64,000 nt of DNA from an uncultured bacterium (GTDB taxonomy: Bacteria > Nitrospirota > Nitrospiria > Nitrospirales > Nitrospiraceae). How positions within the stretch are numbered: the stretch's first letter is position 1; each line of letters begins with the position of its first letter. The translations under genes were made by a program, and so were the position numbers. The DNA lies in contig CBDDRB010000021.1 of the NCBI GenBank assembly GCA_965232965.1, positions 223,032 to 287,031 on the forward strand. Direction: 5' to 3'. Shown here one piece after another: positions 1 to 10,705 of the stretch. Under the pieces are notes generated by a model. It was not told the DNA's origin. It worked only from the letters and a program-made list of their open reading frames with translations, and did no database searches.

Positions 1-1
1 G

Positions 2-1024
2 GTGCGCGTCGTGTTTGAAAAGCCATTTGGTCGAGACTTCAACTCGGCCCGTCGTCTGAATACGGCCCTCCATCGTTATATCGACGAATCCCAGATCTAC
101 CGCATCGATCATTATCTCGGTAAAGAGACGGTGCAGAACCTCCTCGCGTTCCGCTTCGCGAACCCAATTTTTGAATCGCTCTGGAGCCGCGACACCATCG
201 AGCACGTTCAGATTACCGTGGCCGAAGATCTCGGTGTCGAGCATCGCGGAGCCTACTACCAGCAGGCCGGGGCGCTTCGCGATATGGTTCAGAACCATCT
301 GACCCAACTCATGACGGTCGTGGCGATGGAAGTGCCGGTATCGTTCAATGCCGCTGCAATTCTGAGCGAAAAACTCAAAGTGCTCCATTCCATTGCGCCG
401 GTGACTCCTCAGGATGCTGTCTTTGGCCAGTACACGTCCTGGCAGATCGCCAGTCACACGATTCCCGGGTATCGCGAAGAGCAGGGAGTTCCGAAGGATT
501 CGACCACAGAGACGTATGTCGCCCTGAAGGCGGAGATTCACAATTGGCGTTGGAAGGGCGTGCCCTTCTATCTCAGGACGGGCAAGCGTCTCCCGCGGAA
601 GCTGACCCAGATTGCAGTCACGTTTCGTGAGGCCCCCACCCAAGTGTTTCGGTCCCTTGATCCCGGCAGTATTTCGCCCAATATGCTGCTGATCATGCTC
701 CAGCCCAGCGAAGGCTTCTCGCTCTGTTTTTCGGTGAAAAGTCCGGGGAGGCCGTTCCGATTGAGCAACCATGCGCTGCAGTTCGACTATGAAGGGGCGT
801 TTGGCCAGCTCCCCGACGCCTATGAAACCCTCCTGCGCGACGTGATGATCGGCGATCAGACTCTCTTCGTCAGCGCGGAATTTACCGAAACAGCGTGGCG
901 CCTCTATGCTCCGCTGTTGAACGGCGAAAAATCCGTTCACCCCTATACTGCTGGGAGCTGGGGACCGAGTGAAGCGGATGCACTGCTGACGCCGAATCGA
1001 CATCGGTGGGTGCTGGGGTGGTGA
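2..1024 (+). CDS. zwf: Glucose-6-phosphate 1-dehydrogenase, C-terminal ~340 aa (5' end lies outside the window)
   Basis: ORF is open to the window edge. It contains the G6PD signature 'RIDHYLGKE' followed by the conserved 'NLLAFRFAN' and 'FESLWSRD' blocks. Confidence 0.93.
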   Translation: MRVVFEKPFGRDFNSARRLNTALHRYIDESQIYRIDHYLGKETVQNLLAFRFANPIFESLWSRDTIEHVQITVAEDLGVEHRGAYYQQAGALRDMVQNHLTQLMTVVAMEVPVSFNAAAILSEKLKVLHSIAPVTPQDAVFGQYTSWQIASHTIPGYREEQGVPKDSTTETYVALKAEIHNWRWKGVPFYLRTGKRLPRKLTQIAVTFREAPTQVFRSLDPGSISPNMLLIMLQPSEGFSLCFSVKSPGRPFRLSNHALQFDYEGAFGQLPDAYETLLRDVMIGDQTLFVSAEFTETAWRLYAPLLNGEKSVHPYTAGSWGPSEADALLTPNRHRWVLGW

Positions 1025-1424
1025 AGAAGGGAGCGGCGAGGTGCCCTTTTTGCTCGCAGAACGCGCACGATGAAACTGTGCTCGCGAGGGAAAAGAGCGC
1101 GTCTCGGCGCGCTCGGGGTTGGCGGGTGAGAATGTCGCGCGCAGTAAAGGGCAGCCTCGGCCACTCCCTTTAGGAGAGGGATAGAGAAGTTGGGAAGGCC
1201 TGGTTGGATCGCGCAGGAAAGGACACCTGGCCATTCCTGTTATGAGAAGAAGAGAGAGTTGAATGGCCCTCGCTCTGGCTAGTAGCACCTCTCGACGTGC
1301 CAGTGGGTGGCGGGTGGGAACGCTGTCTGCAGGGGGAGAGTAGTCAGGTTCCTTTGAGAGGAGAACATATTCGAACAAGGAAGTTCAACGAAGGCATGGC
1401 AGACAGCGCAATCGGAGGAACGCG

Positions 1425-1910
1425 ATGGGTGTCGCAGAGAAAAAGCGGGCAGTATCGGTGCATGGGACAAAGAAGTCCAAGGCAACATCCACTGCGGTTC
1501 TGGTCCTCAGAGGCTCCACGGCGCATCGCCGAGGGAGGTCAGCAGAGACCTTGGCCGAGGCCCTACAGGTAGATTTGTTCAGAGTGGATGTGTCGGCAGT
1601 GGTGAGTCAATATATCGGCGAGACAGAGAAGAATCTGAACGACGTGTTTGATAAAGTCGAGACCAGTGGCGCGATTCTCTTCTTCGATGAAGTAGACGCG
1701 CTATTCGGAGCGCGCGGTACAGTCAAGGATGCCCATGATCGATCCGCGAACGCGGAGGCACCTCATTTTCTCCAGCGCGATGAGAGTCATCACGGAATTG
1801 TCATCCTCACGACCGATGGGAAACAACGCATCGAGCAGGCCTTCCCTTCTCAGGCGCAGGCGGTCGTCATGGTGGGGACGATGGGGGCCGGGCGGGTGAG
1901 GAAGATGTAA
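1425..1910 (+). pseudogene. Remnant of an AAA+ ATPase (CDC48-like subfamily with the 'YIGETEKNL' motif); degenerate Walker A, no N-terminal domain
   Basis: 'VVSQYIGETEKNLNDVFDKVETSGAILFFDEVDALFGAR...DAHDRSAN' matches the AAA core, including Walker B 'ILFFDEVD'. Where GPxGTGKT is expected the sequence reads 'RGSTAHRRGRS'. The C-terminal 'LRR' arginine region is also degraded ('AFPSQAQAVV'). Only 161 aa remain. Confidence 0.5.
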
Positions 1911-1961
1911 GTGTAGAAGATTCTGGCACGCAAACAAGAAAGACCAATCGGTTCTTGCGCG

Positions 1962-2477
1962 TCACGCGCCAGGGCTTCTGGCACCGGTGGAATTATTCGG
2001 TATCCGGCCGGATCGAGTTCGGCGTTTCTGATTTCCATAGGCCAGCCATGCGCCGGCCATTGCGCCGAAGATAATGCTCAGCATGTCCAGAATATGTTTA
2101 TACCAGCCGTCCGGAGTGAGGCCGGAATCCCCAGTTGCGGCTTGAAACAAGACGAAGCCTAAGAGGCCCACGGCGGCGACGGATACAAGAGAGGCGGCAA
2201 TGATCGCGACCTGCTTGTGATAGTTCGGCGCGAGGTAGATGATCACTCCCACGAGGGACGCCGCGGCAATCGTCCTTGTCATGAAGATAATGTATGTGCC
2301 GATGATGATTGGCACCCCATCCATATCCGGCGCTTCCCAAAAAGCGTCGACACGTTCAACCCCATGAATAATGCCGAATGCCATTCCAATAGAATGGTTC
2401 GCGGCGAACCACAACAGGAGTCCTGCCGGAACCGCGATGGCCCATCGAAGTATATGAATGGCTAAGTTGTCGCGCAT
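1962..2477 (-). CDS. Hypothetical integral membrane protein (4-5 predicted TM helices)
   Basis: 171-aa ORF with several hydrophobic segments (for example 'WAIAVPAGLLLWFAA' and 'VAIIAASLVSVAAVGLLGFVLF'). No family recognised. Confidence 0.45.
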   Translation of the reverse strand: MRDNLAIHILRWAIAVPAGLLLWFAANHSIGMAFGIIHGVERVDAFWEAPDMDGVPIIIGTYIIFMTRTIAAASLVGVIIYLAPNYHKQVAIIAASLVSVAAVGLLGFVLFQAATGDSGLTPDGWYKHILDMLSIIFGAMAGAWLAYGNQKRRTRSGRIPNNSTGARSPGA

Positions 2478-2815
2478 AACATGCCGGAATAGGCTGCTGA
2501 ATTATTCTTCGGTGTTGTTCACGGCGGCGGCTCGAGCTTGAGACCTCATATGTGGCTATCATATAGCTTGTATAAGCCGAGAACGCAATTGGAACCATGC
2601 ACCTCGCAAACATACGCCGCACTATTTACGAACCCTTGCGAATAATGCGGCTTCACTGCTCTGTGAGGATGGATCTTCCTGCGAATCAAACGAAGTCGGA
2701 TCTCTCACCATCATCTCCATGCTTCCCATGCGTGTGGGGATGTGCTAGGGGAACGACTGTTCCGAAGCTCCCGGTACGACGAGAGACATATCACGTGTCC
2801 CAGATTGAGGAAGAC

Positions 2816-4275
2816 ATGAGAAATCATCGCACGAATCTCAAGCATATTGCTCGTCGAGCCATGATCGAGCGCGGCCTCTTGCCTGATTTTTCCGCAGCCG
2901 CGATGGCCGAGCTTGCCCGCATAGAGGTTGACGCGACTGACCGGCGCCAGGACGTGCGTGACTTAACGGGTTTACTCTGGGCATCAATCGACAACGACGA
3001 CTCTCGAGACCTGGACCAACTCACCGTGGCTGAACCACATGCCGATCGGTCCGTCACAATTCTGGTCGCGATTGCCGATGTGGATGCGTTGGTCAAGAAG
3101 GAGTCTGCGTTAGACACTCACGCCAAGCACAATACCACATCGGTCTATACGGCCGGTGACATGTTCCCTATGCTACCGGAACAATTATCGACAGATCTGA
3201 CCTCCCTTGGCGAAGGACAAGATCGTCTCGCGATCGTCGTAGAAATGGTGGTTGAAGAGAACGGGGTGATTCTCAGATCGACCCTCTTTCGAGCCCTGGT
3301 CCGAAACCATGCGAAGCTCGCCTATGCCAGTGTCGCGGCCTGGCTTGCGGGAGAGGCGCCCGCGCCTGAGCGAGTCAAGGCTGTTTCCGGCCTCGATGTG
3401 CAACTCCGAATCCAGGACCAAGTCGCGCAGCGGCTCAAGACACGGCGGCACCAGCAGGGAGCGCTGAGTCTTGAGACGATCGAGCCGCGCGCGGTGTTTG
3501 ACGGTGAGGTCTTGACCAATCTCAGGGTCGAGCAGAAGAATCGAGCCAAGGAACTGATCGAAGACTTTATGATCGCAGCGAATCAGGCGACCGTCTCGTA
3601 TCTCACGAGAAAACGCATGCCCTCCTTCCGTCGCATCCTACGCTCTCCCGAACGCTGGCAGCGGATTGTTGAGGTGGCCGCGCGCTGGGGCGAACATTTG
3701 CCTCCTGAGGCGGACGCTAGTGCGCTTGAATCGTTTCTCGTGACACGGCGGAAGGCCGATCCGCTCAGATTTCCAGACCTGTCACTGGCCATCGTGAAGC
3801 TCATCGGCAGAGGCGAATATGTACTGGATCAATCGAAGGATGGCGCTCCCGAACATTTGGACTTGCGGTGAAGGGGTACACCCACTCCACGGCTCCCAAC
3901 AGGCGTTTCCCCGATCTCATCACTCAGCGGTTGGTCAAAGCGGCGTTGGCCGGTGAGCCGACGCCATATCGTCCTGAAGAACTGAAGTATCTGGCCGATC
4001 ACTGTACCGAGAAAGAGGACGATGCGGAAAAAGTCGAACGGCAGCTGCGCAAATCTGCCGCTGCGCTCTTGCTCGAATCACGAATCGGGCAGCGGTTCGA
4101 CGGCATTGTGACAGGCGCGTCAGACAGGGGTAGGTGGGTCCGGCTCCTCGAGCCGCCAGTCGAAGGAAAGATGGTGACGGGCGAACGCGGCCTCGACGTA
4201 GGAGACAAGGTGCGAGTCGAACTTATCGGCACAGACATCGAACGGGGGCACATCGACTTTGTCAGAGTCGGATAG
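2816..4275 (+). pseudogene. RNase II/RNase R-family 3'-5' exoribonuclease (RNB domain plus C-terminal S1-like domain), interrupted by a 1-nt frameshift near 3856
   Basis: RNB blocks are 'SIDNDDSRDLDQL', 'ILVAIADV' and 'TSVYTAGDMFPMLPEQLS'. The catalytic motif is split: frame 1 ends '...APEH LDLR*' and frame 2 continues 'FGLAVKGYTHSTAPNRRFPDL'. ATG at 2816 is preceded by 'gaggaaga'. The 2597 start in the ORF track is probably too long. Confidence 0.75.
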
Positions 4276-4334
4276 TGAGGGAGTCATCGTCCTCTGGTTT
4301 GTCTCGTTCAGAGAACGAAATAAGCCAGACAAAT

Positions 4335-5219
4335 CTATCCACCAGATAAACTGCCCATATCGAGCTGCTCTTCTGTCCACTTATGCGGTGTCTCCAAGCT
4401 CGTGCGGCCGAGTGTGCCGTCTCGGTAGTCCGACAAGAGTATGCTCGCCGCTTTGTTTCGATCTATCCCGCAGCCGCTTCTGGTCAGCAGGCAGCCGCGC
4501 TTTCTGCCGATGGCGTCGATCACGCCGGTACTGGTTAGTCCCTCCACCGCAAAACCATAGCGGGCCGTGAGTCGTGCAGGATAGCGCGCAAGCAGAATCG
4601 CGGAGAGAAATTCTGCGACCGTTTCGTCATCGACCACCGTGTGGCCTACAGCGTTGACCGTCGCCAACAGGAGGCCCACATGAGGGTCTTTTATGGTCCC
4701 CCACAACAGTCCGGGAGAGTCGGTGATGGCCATACGGTCATTCAGGGCGTGACGCTGTTGGACTTTGGTCACCGCTGGTTCGTCGCCCACGCGCGCGACG
4801 CGGCGTTTGAGGAGCATGTTCATCAGAGTCGACTTGCCCACGTTGGGGACCCCCATGATCAGCATGCGCAAGGGCTTCGCGCTGCTGTTGCGATGTGGAG
4901 CAAGCGGCTGACAGAGCAGGGGTATCTTAGCGGCATCGCCCGCATGGCGACAGGAAAGGGCCACAGCGCTGACATCCGTTTGCCGGTGATACAGGTCAAG
5001 CCAAGCCTGAGTGACTGCGGGATCGGCGAGATCGGCCTTGTTGAGGACTTTCAGGCTAGGACGCTGGCGGGCCAGGCGCAGTTCTTCGATGAGTGGATTG
5101 CAGCTGGCGTGTGGTATGCGCGCGTCCAGGACTTCAACGATGACATCGATCACCTCCATCGTCTTGGCCGCTTCTTTACGCGCCGTATTCATATGACCGG
5201 GGAACCACTGGATGGACAT
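4335..5219 (-). CDS. rbgA: Ribosome biogenesis GTPase A (YlqF/RbgA, circularly permuted GTPase)
   Basis: The N-terminus 'MSIQWFPGHM' is the canonical RbgA start. Also present are 'NKADL' (G4) ahead of 'GVPNVGKST' (G1), and 'ITDSPG'. The ATG at 5219 is preferred over the TTG at 5237. Confidence 0.9.
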   Translation of the reverse strand: MSIQWFPGHMNTARKEAAKTMEVIDVIVEVLDARIPHASCNPLIEELRLARQRPSLKVLNKADLADPAVTQAWLDLYHRQTDVSAVALSCRHAGDAAKIPLLCQPLAPHRNSSAKPLRMLIMGVPNVGKSTLMNMLLKRRVARVGDEPAVTKVQQRHALNDRMAITDSPGLLWGTIKDPHVGLLLATVNAVGHTVVDDETVAEFLSAILLARYPARLTARYGFAVEGLTSTGVIDAIGRKRGCLLTRSGCGIDRNKAASILLSDYRDGTLGRTSLETPHKWTEEQLDMGSLSGG

Positions 5220-5345
5220 AGATGATGGGTATTCCAAAAAAAAGAATGGTACTGTACCAGGGTGCTCAAAATGTCGCCAGCAGAAGCAGGCTATTATTTG
5301 AAACTAACCAGATAACCAAACAAACCAGATGAGCCGGTCTGTTCG

Positions 5346-6290
5346 TTATCGCAGACGTTCGCGGCCGTGGGGTGTGGTGAGGTCTTGGTCAGGGCCAAGA
5401 GGAACGATACGGGTCGGATTAATGTCGTCGTGGGTGTTGTAGTAATGCCGCTTGATGTGATCGAAGTTCACGGTGTCGGCGATACCGTCGATCTGATACA
5501 GGTCTTTGAGATAGCCGAAGAGGTTGGGGTAGTCGATGATTCGCCTGACGTTGCACTTGAAATGACCGTGGTAGACAGCGTCGAAGCGCACGAGGGTGAC
5601 GAACAAGCGCCAATCGGTTTCGACAAATTGTGAGCCGAAGAGATAGCGTTGGCGTGCCAGCCTGGCATCGAGTTGATCGAGGGCCTCGAAGAGGCGTCGC
5701 ACGGCTCGTTCGTAGGCCTGCTGCGATGTGGCGAATCCCGCGCGATAGACCCCGTCGTTCACATTCTCGTAGATGAACGTATTGAGGTCGTCGATCTCTT
5801 TCCTGATTCCATCCTGATACAGATCGATCGTGCTTTCGGTGAAGCGATTGAACTCGCCGTTGAACATACGCATGAGGTCGTCGTCGGAATTGGTGACGAT
5901 GCGGTTGGTCACCGTATCCCACAACACGGGGACGGTGAACCGCCCCCGATAGTTTGGATCGGTGGCTTTGTAAGCCTGGCTGAGGAACTGAAACCCGTTG
6001 ATGGGATCGAGCGAATGGCCAGGCCCTTCGTGGAAGGCCCAACCCTGTTCATTGCGAATCGGGTCCACGACCGTCATGCCGATGACGTTTTCGAGTTTCT
6101 TGAGTGTACGCACGATGATCGTCCGGTGTGCCCAGGGGCAGGCCCAAGAGACATAGAGATGGTAGCGGCCGCTCGCCGCTGGAAAGCCGGAACTACCATT
6201 CGCGGTGACCCAGCTTCGAAAGGCATCCGGTTGTCGAGCGAAGTCGCCGTCAATGCTCTGCTCGTCTGGAAATTGTGCCTGAATGGTCAT
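5346..6290 (-). CDS. Glutathionyl-hydroquinone reductase / Xi-class glutathione S-transferase (YqjG/ECM4 family)
   Basis: 'GRYHLYVSWACPWAHRT' carries the CPWA active-site motif of this family. ATG at 6290 is preceded by 'aaggag'. The upstream 48 codons of the ORF-track call lack support. Confidence 0.85.
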   Translation of the reverse strand: MTIQAQFPDEQSIDGDFARQPDAFRSWVTANGSSGFPAASGRYHLYVSWACPWAHRTIIVRTLKKLENVIGMTVVDPIRNEQGWAFHEGPGHSLDPINGFQFLSQAYKATDPNYRGRFTVPVLWDTVTNRIVTNSDDDLMRMFNGEFNRFTESTIDLYQDGIRKEIDDLNTFIYENVNDGVYRAGFATSQQAYERAVRRLFEALDQLDARLARQRYLFGSQFVETDWRLFVTLVRFDAVYHGHFKCNVRRIIDYPNLFGYLKDLYQIDGIADTVNFDHIKRHYYNTHDDINPTRIVPLGPDQDLTTPHGRERLR

Positions 6291-6745
6291 CGCCGGGCTC
6301 CTTCGATGCACTACCGTACCATACTGAGAGGCTACAAAGGGGGGAAGATGGGAACGGCACCCGCGTTGGTCCTGTGCTCCCGGAGCGCGCGCCCTCGGAA
6401 GGGCCTCGCTCGACGGCCGCAGTAGGACCAACACGGGTACCGTCCCCGGGAGAGTGATACGAGCAAGCTTGGAGGGAACAATCAGATGGATTGTGCTCGC
6501 GCAACGTACGGCTTCAGAAGGGTGGGTGGGGAGCGGGTCTGATCACCTTTGGCTCGCCGCAGCCGCACAATCGGAATGTACTCCGTCGATGTGTGAATGT
6601 GTGGATTGACTGAGGCAATTCTGAAAAGTAATATGTCGGAATATTCTTCACCGGAGAAAGACTGCTAATCAGACAAGAGGATATCCGGCAGGGGAGGTCA
6701 ATTGTACAGTGCTCGTTCAGCGGTTCAAACAAGGAGGTCGTTGTT

Positions 6746-7111
6746 ATGCACGTGAAGAGACGTATCGGGTTTATGGGATTTGGGATCGCGTTAGTGAGCA
6801 GTCTCAGTTTGGTGCCGGCCTTCGCAGGAGATACACCGGCCAAAGCACCAGTCGAGGATGGATCGAAGGTGATGATTACCTCACCCAAGGACGGGGACAA
6901 GGTCAGCGACACCTTCGACGTGAAATACGACCTGACCAAGGGCTCCCAAGCGACGCATGTCCATGCGTATGTGGATGGAGAGTACCAGAAAGGCTTTTCG
7001 GGGCAGATTAAGAGTTTGAACAGGGGGACACATAAGCTTACGATCACCGGCGCCACAAAAGATCACGATCCTGTCACGGCCACCCATAGCATTACCGTTG
7101 ACGTGCAGTAG
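6746..7111 (+). CDS. Small secreted protein, probably an Ig-like beta-sandwich (DUF4399-like pattern); function unknown
   Basis: Signal peptide 'MHVKRRIGFMGFGIALVSSLSLVPAFA'. The mature part has 'ITSPKDGDKVSDTFDV', 'HVHAYVDGE' and 'GTHKLTITGATKDH'. RBS 'aaggagg' lies upstream. Confidence 0.6.
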   Translation: MHVKRRIGFMGFGIALVSSLSLVPAFAGDTPAKAPVEDGSKVMITSPKDGDKVSDTFDVKYDLTKGSQATHVHAYVDGEYQKGFSGQIKSLNRGTHKLTITGATKDHDPVTATHSITVDVQ

Positions 7112-7140
7112 GGTTCCCAGGACAGGCCTTCTTTAAGGAC

Positions 7141-7172
7141 GACCAGGGCCTCTTTTGCTAGAGGTCCTGGTC
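7141..7172. terminator. Strong hairpin between convergent genes (13-bp stem, 6-nt loop); candidate bidirectional terminator without a clear U-tract
   Basis: 'gaccagggcctct' (7141-7153) pairs with 'agaggtcctggtc' (7160-7172), including one G-U pair. The loop is 'tttgct'. It lies 30 nt after the stop at 7111. Confidence 0.45.
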
Positions 7173-7332
7173 GCTCGGCCTTCACAGGCAGCTTCTCATT
7201 CGCTCCTATACTTCCATACCGATTTCCCAGGCGGTTTGATCTTTTGCCCACAGGCCTATGACCGTCACAAAGTGGGAATGGCTCGATCTGGCACTCTGCC
7301 CATACGCTTGAAGAGGAGGGAGTATAAGAGAA

Positions 7333-8583
7333 TCAGGGCATCGGTTTGGGTGGTGCATGCGGATTGAGCTGCGGGCGAGATCGAACTTCATGCGAAGGTG
7401 GGTCTCCGATTTTCAACATGCGCGTGAGCAAGGGAATCGCCGTTCCTTGCATGACGACGGACGTGAGCGCAATAAAAAATACCAGGTGGAAGATGGTATC
7501 AGCCTGCTCGAGTCCGGCCACTAAGGGAAATGTGGCCAAGATAATCGGCACGGCTCCTCGGAGTCCTGCCCAGGCCACGAGAGTCTGCTCTCGAAACGAC
7601 ATCGGCGCAAAAGCCAACGCCGCATGGACACTCGCAGGACGGGCGACGAAGATCAGGAACAGAGACACAAGGAGGCCCACTCCGGCAATCGGAAGGAGCC
7701 TTGCCGGAAAGACTTGCAGCCCCAGCGCCAAAAACATCGTGACCTGCATCAGCCACGCCAGCCCGTCGTGAAAACGCAAGACACTTTGCTGGTGCGTAAA
7801 TGGTTTACGCTGCATGACGAGTCCCGCCAGGTACACGGCAAGAAAGCCACTTCCCTCCAGGTAGTCGGTGAGGCCGTAGGTCAGCAGCGCCAGCGCCACC
7901 GACAGCACCGGATAAATGCCTTCCAACTCCAGATCGAGCGCATTGAACGATCGCCGCATGATCTCGCCCATCGCAATGCCAATCACCGTTCCGACGCCCA
8001 TTTGCATCAGAAAGAATACAACAAGCTCTACGAAAGAGGTCGATGGCTCTGTCAACAGGCGAATCAGCGCGATCGTCAGCACGACGGCCATCGGATCGTT
8101 ACTGCCGGATTCAAATTCGAGCAATTGGATTAACCGCCGAGGGATTTTGGTTTTCCGCGCCCGCAGCACCATGAAGACGGCCGCCGCATCAGTGGACGAG
8201 ACGATCGCGCCCAGCAAGAGGCCCTCCAAGAACGAGAACCCCTGGACCCAGGCCACAAACACCCCGATGAGCAGTGCCGTGATCAGCACCCCGATCGTCG
8301 AGAGCGACAACCCCTGCCATACGATGGGGCGCACGGCTGACCACTCCGTGTCCAGTCCACCCGAAAACAGAATCAAGACGAGCGCAGTGATCCCCAACGA
8401 CCGCACCAGGGACGGATTGTCGAACGTGATGCCTCCAAGACCGTCGGACCCAGCCAACATGCCGATGGCGAGGAACAAGACCAGTGAGGGGATGCCAAAC
8501 CGGTTCGAGAGCTTGATCGTCAAAATGCTCAGAATGATGAGGCTGGAGAATACGATGAAGATAATATCAATAGAAGCCGGCAT
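7333..8583 (-). CDS. Monovalent cation:proton antiporter, CPA1 family (NhaP2/CvrA-like K+ or Na+/H+ exchanger), membrane domain only
   Basis: 'LSNRFGIPSLVLFLAIGMLAGSDGLGGI', 'LILFSGGLDT' and 'FESGSNDPMAV' are typical of NhaP2-type exchangers. About 11-12 TM segments. Confidence 0.85.
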   Translation of the reverse strand: MPASIDIIFIVFSSLIILSILTIKLSNRFGIPSLVLFLAIGMLAGSDGLGGITFDNPSLVRSLGITALVLILFSGGLDTEWSAVRPIVWQGLSLSTIGVLITALLIGVFVAWVQGFSFLEGLLLGAIVSSTDAAAVFMVLRARKTKIPRRLIQLLEFESGSNDPMAVVLTIALIRLLTEPSTSFVELVVFFLMQMGVGTVIGIAMGEIMRRSFNALDLELEGIYPVLSVALALLTYGLTDYLEGSGFLAVYLAGLVMQRKPFTHQQSVLRFHDGLAWLMQVTMFLALGLQVFPARLLPIAGVGLLVSLFLIFVARPASVHAALAFAPMSFREQTLVAWAGLRGAVPIILATFPLVAGLEQADTIFHLVFFIALTSVVMQGTAIPLLTRMLKIGDPPSHEVRSRPQLNPHAPPKPMP

Positions 8584-8995
8584 TTTGCCTTTGTCTTTCG
8601 GGGTGTTCGACGGGACTCGATGCGCTCTATAGCACAGACGATCGGATCACGCTAGCTGCAAGATGGAGAATGAGGAGGGAAAGGGAGCGGCCAATCGATT
8701 TTCCTGCTCGGAGGGCCAGTGAATGGCAGATCCGAAGGCATTTATTGGGCAACTGACATCTCTCCTCAATCGATTGTGGAATGGCCGGGATACGGACAGG
8801 TCGCTGTCATACTTTCCGAACTGGTGGCCTGTCGAAATTCTCTAAATGTCTTCGAGGTTCGGAGTCGTTCTTATAGACTGCTTGAATCCATGGATGCCGG
8901 AGGTGAGGTCTCGACTGGTTTGAGTGCTTGATCCCGGCAGTTGTTCCTTGTCGCAGGGCTTTCAGGTCCATGATCATCAAGTATGGAGTGAGCGG

Positions 8996-10687
8996 ATGCC
9001 CCCTGCACTGAAAGCGATACGTGAACTGAGCGAAGCCTTATTTCAATATACGCACGTTGACGACATGGTTCGTCAAACCCTGTACGCCGCACTTGAAGTC
9101 ATCGGGACAGAGGCTGGGTCCGTGTTGCTTGCGAATACTGAAACCAAGCAATTGGTGTTTCGCTACGTTGTTGGAGAAACAGCCGATGCATTGAAAGAGA
9201 CGGGTATTCCTTGGGACGAGGGGATTGCCGGCGCCGTATTTATGTCCGGCAAGCCGGAGGTGATTTCTACGGTCCAACAGGATGCGCGCCATTACTCGGC
9301 CACGGATGCGCGTACTGGCTATCAATCACGGGATATGATCGTCGTGCCGCTGAAACGGCACGGAGGCAATCCGATCGGCGTCATCGAAATCCTCAACAAG
9401 AACCAGGGCTCCGTGAACCGTGACGACCTCGATACCCTGGTCGTCATCAGTGCCATCGCCGCCGCAGCCATTGAACAGTCGAAGGCCTTCGAGGCGTTAC
9501 GTGTGAAGGACATCCAGCTTCAGCAGGCTCAAAAGATGGAAGCGGTCGGCCGGCTTGCCGTAGGAGTTGCGCACGATTTCAATAACCTGCTCACGGTGAT
9601 CCGCGGCTATAGCGAACTGATCGTCATGACAGTCGAGCCAGACGCGCCTGTGCGCACGCATGCCGAGGAGGTGCTGAAGGCTGCGGATCGGGCCGCGGGA
9701 GTCACGTCTCAGTTGCTGGCATTCAGCCGCAAACAGGTCCTTGAGCTCCGGATCATCAAATTGAACGAGGTCGTCGCGAACGTGGAGAAACTGTTGCGGC
9801 GGTTGATTGGGGAAGACATCCACCTCGTCACCATCGTAGAGCAGAATCCTGGATGGATCAAAGCCGATCCCGGGCAGTTGGAACAGGTTCTCATCAATCT
9901 TGCTGTGAATGGGCGAGACGCCATGCCTCAGGGAGGGACATTGAAGATCGGGGTTACTCAGAGTGAGCTGGACGAGACGTTTACCCAGCGTCACCTGGAT
10001 TTCCTGCCAGGAACGTATTGCGTGCTCTCGGTCACCGACAGCGGATGCGGCATGAGCAAGGACACGCTCTCAAAACTGTTTGAGCCGTTTTTTACCACGA
10101 AAGATCCGGGTAAAGGCACGGGGCTTGGCCTCTCTATCGTTCACGGGATTGTGAAGCAAAGCCGAGGGCATATCCTTGTCTCCAGTGAGCCGGGTTTCGG
10201 TACGACCTTCAACATATATCTGCCTTGTGTAGAGGCGCCTGCGGAAGTGGGGCTACCTTCCGCTGGAGTCTCGACCGCTTCGTCAGGCACAGAGACGGTG
10301 TTGGTCGTGGAAGACGAGGGACAGGTTCGCACGCTTGAATGCGGACTTCTTGAAGCCGGTGGCTATCACGTGCTGGCGGCCCACCATGGAGGAGAAGCGA
10401 TCCACATCTGCCGAGAATACCCTGGAGCGATTCACCTTCTTGTGACGGATCTCATTCTGCCTCAGATGAACGGACGAGAATTGGCTCGGCAGGCGGCCTC
10501 GATCCGGCCATCGATGAAGGTGCTCTATGTGTCCGGTTACCCTGATGAAACACTTGTCACTGCCGGGATGGAGAAGAACAAGGCTCCCTTTCTTCAGAAG
10601 CCCTTTGCATCTGAGACCCTCTTGCTCAGCGTGAGAAACGTACTCGACGGGACTGAGGGTACGTCACATCTGAAGCGCCATTCCTAG
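8996..10687 (+). CDS. Hybrid sensor histidine kinase: GAF - HisKA - HATPase_c - receiver
   Basis: H-box '[17 protein letters not shown]', N/G boxes 'LAVNGRDAM' and '[11 protein letters not shown]', and a C-terminal REC ('VLVVEDE...[13 protein letters not shown]...KVLYVSGY'). An N-terminal GAF lies at about residues 10-170. ATG at 8996 follows 'ggag'. Confidence 0.9.
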   Translation: MPPALKAIRELSEALFQYTHVDDMVRQTLYAALEVIGTEAGSVLLANTETKQLVFRYVVGETADALKETGIPWDEGIAGAVFMSGKPEVISTVQQDARHYSATDARTGYQSRDMIVVPLKRHGGNPIGVIEILNKNQGSVNRDDLDTLVVISAIAAAAIEQSKAFEALRVKDIQLQQAQKMEAVGRLAVGVAHDFNNLLTVIRGYSELIVMTVEPDAPVRTHAEEVLKAADRAAGVTSQLLAFSRKQVLELRIIKLNEVVANVEKLLRRLIGEDIHLVTIVEQNPGWIKADPGQLEQVLINLAVNGRDAMPQGGTLKIGVTQSELDETFTQRHLDFLPGTYCVLSVTDSGCGMSKDTLSKLFEPFFTTKDPGKGTGLGLSIVHGIVKQSRGHILVSSEPGFGTTFNIYLPCVEAPAEVGLPSAGVSTASSGTETVLVVEDEGQVRTLECGLLEAGGYHVLAAHHGGEAIHICREYPGAIHLLVTDLILPQMNGRELARQAASIRPSMKVLYVSGYPDETLVTAGMEKNKAPFLQKPFASETLLLSVRNVLDGTEGTSHLKRHS

Positions 10688-10705
10688 ACGCAGGACGTCA
10701 ACGCC

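Noticed and set aside
4339-5316. Shared 9-mer 'ACCAGATAA' on both sides of rbgA (about 4340 and about 5308), considered as direct repeats flanking an inserted gene
   Set aside because: Only 9 nt match, the flanks do not extend the similarity, and rbgA is a core gene. This is most likely coincidence.
5649-6425. 258-aa plus-strand ORF, with the 207-aa minus-strand alternative-frame ORF at 5419-6042
   Set aside because: Both overlap the Xi-class GST gene, whose frame carries the CPWA motif. They are shadow ORFs typical of GC-rich DNA.
6514-7056. 180-aa minus-strand ORF
   Set aside because: It overlaps the plus-strand secreted-protein gene, which has an RBS and a signal peptide. The minus-strand product has no start context and no recognisable features.
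8584-8720. Possible fluoride (crcB-motif) riboswitch upstream of the cation/proton antiporter
   Set aside because: The reverse-complement leader lacks the conserved 'GATGATGCC...' and related crcB-motif blocks.
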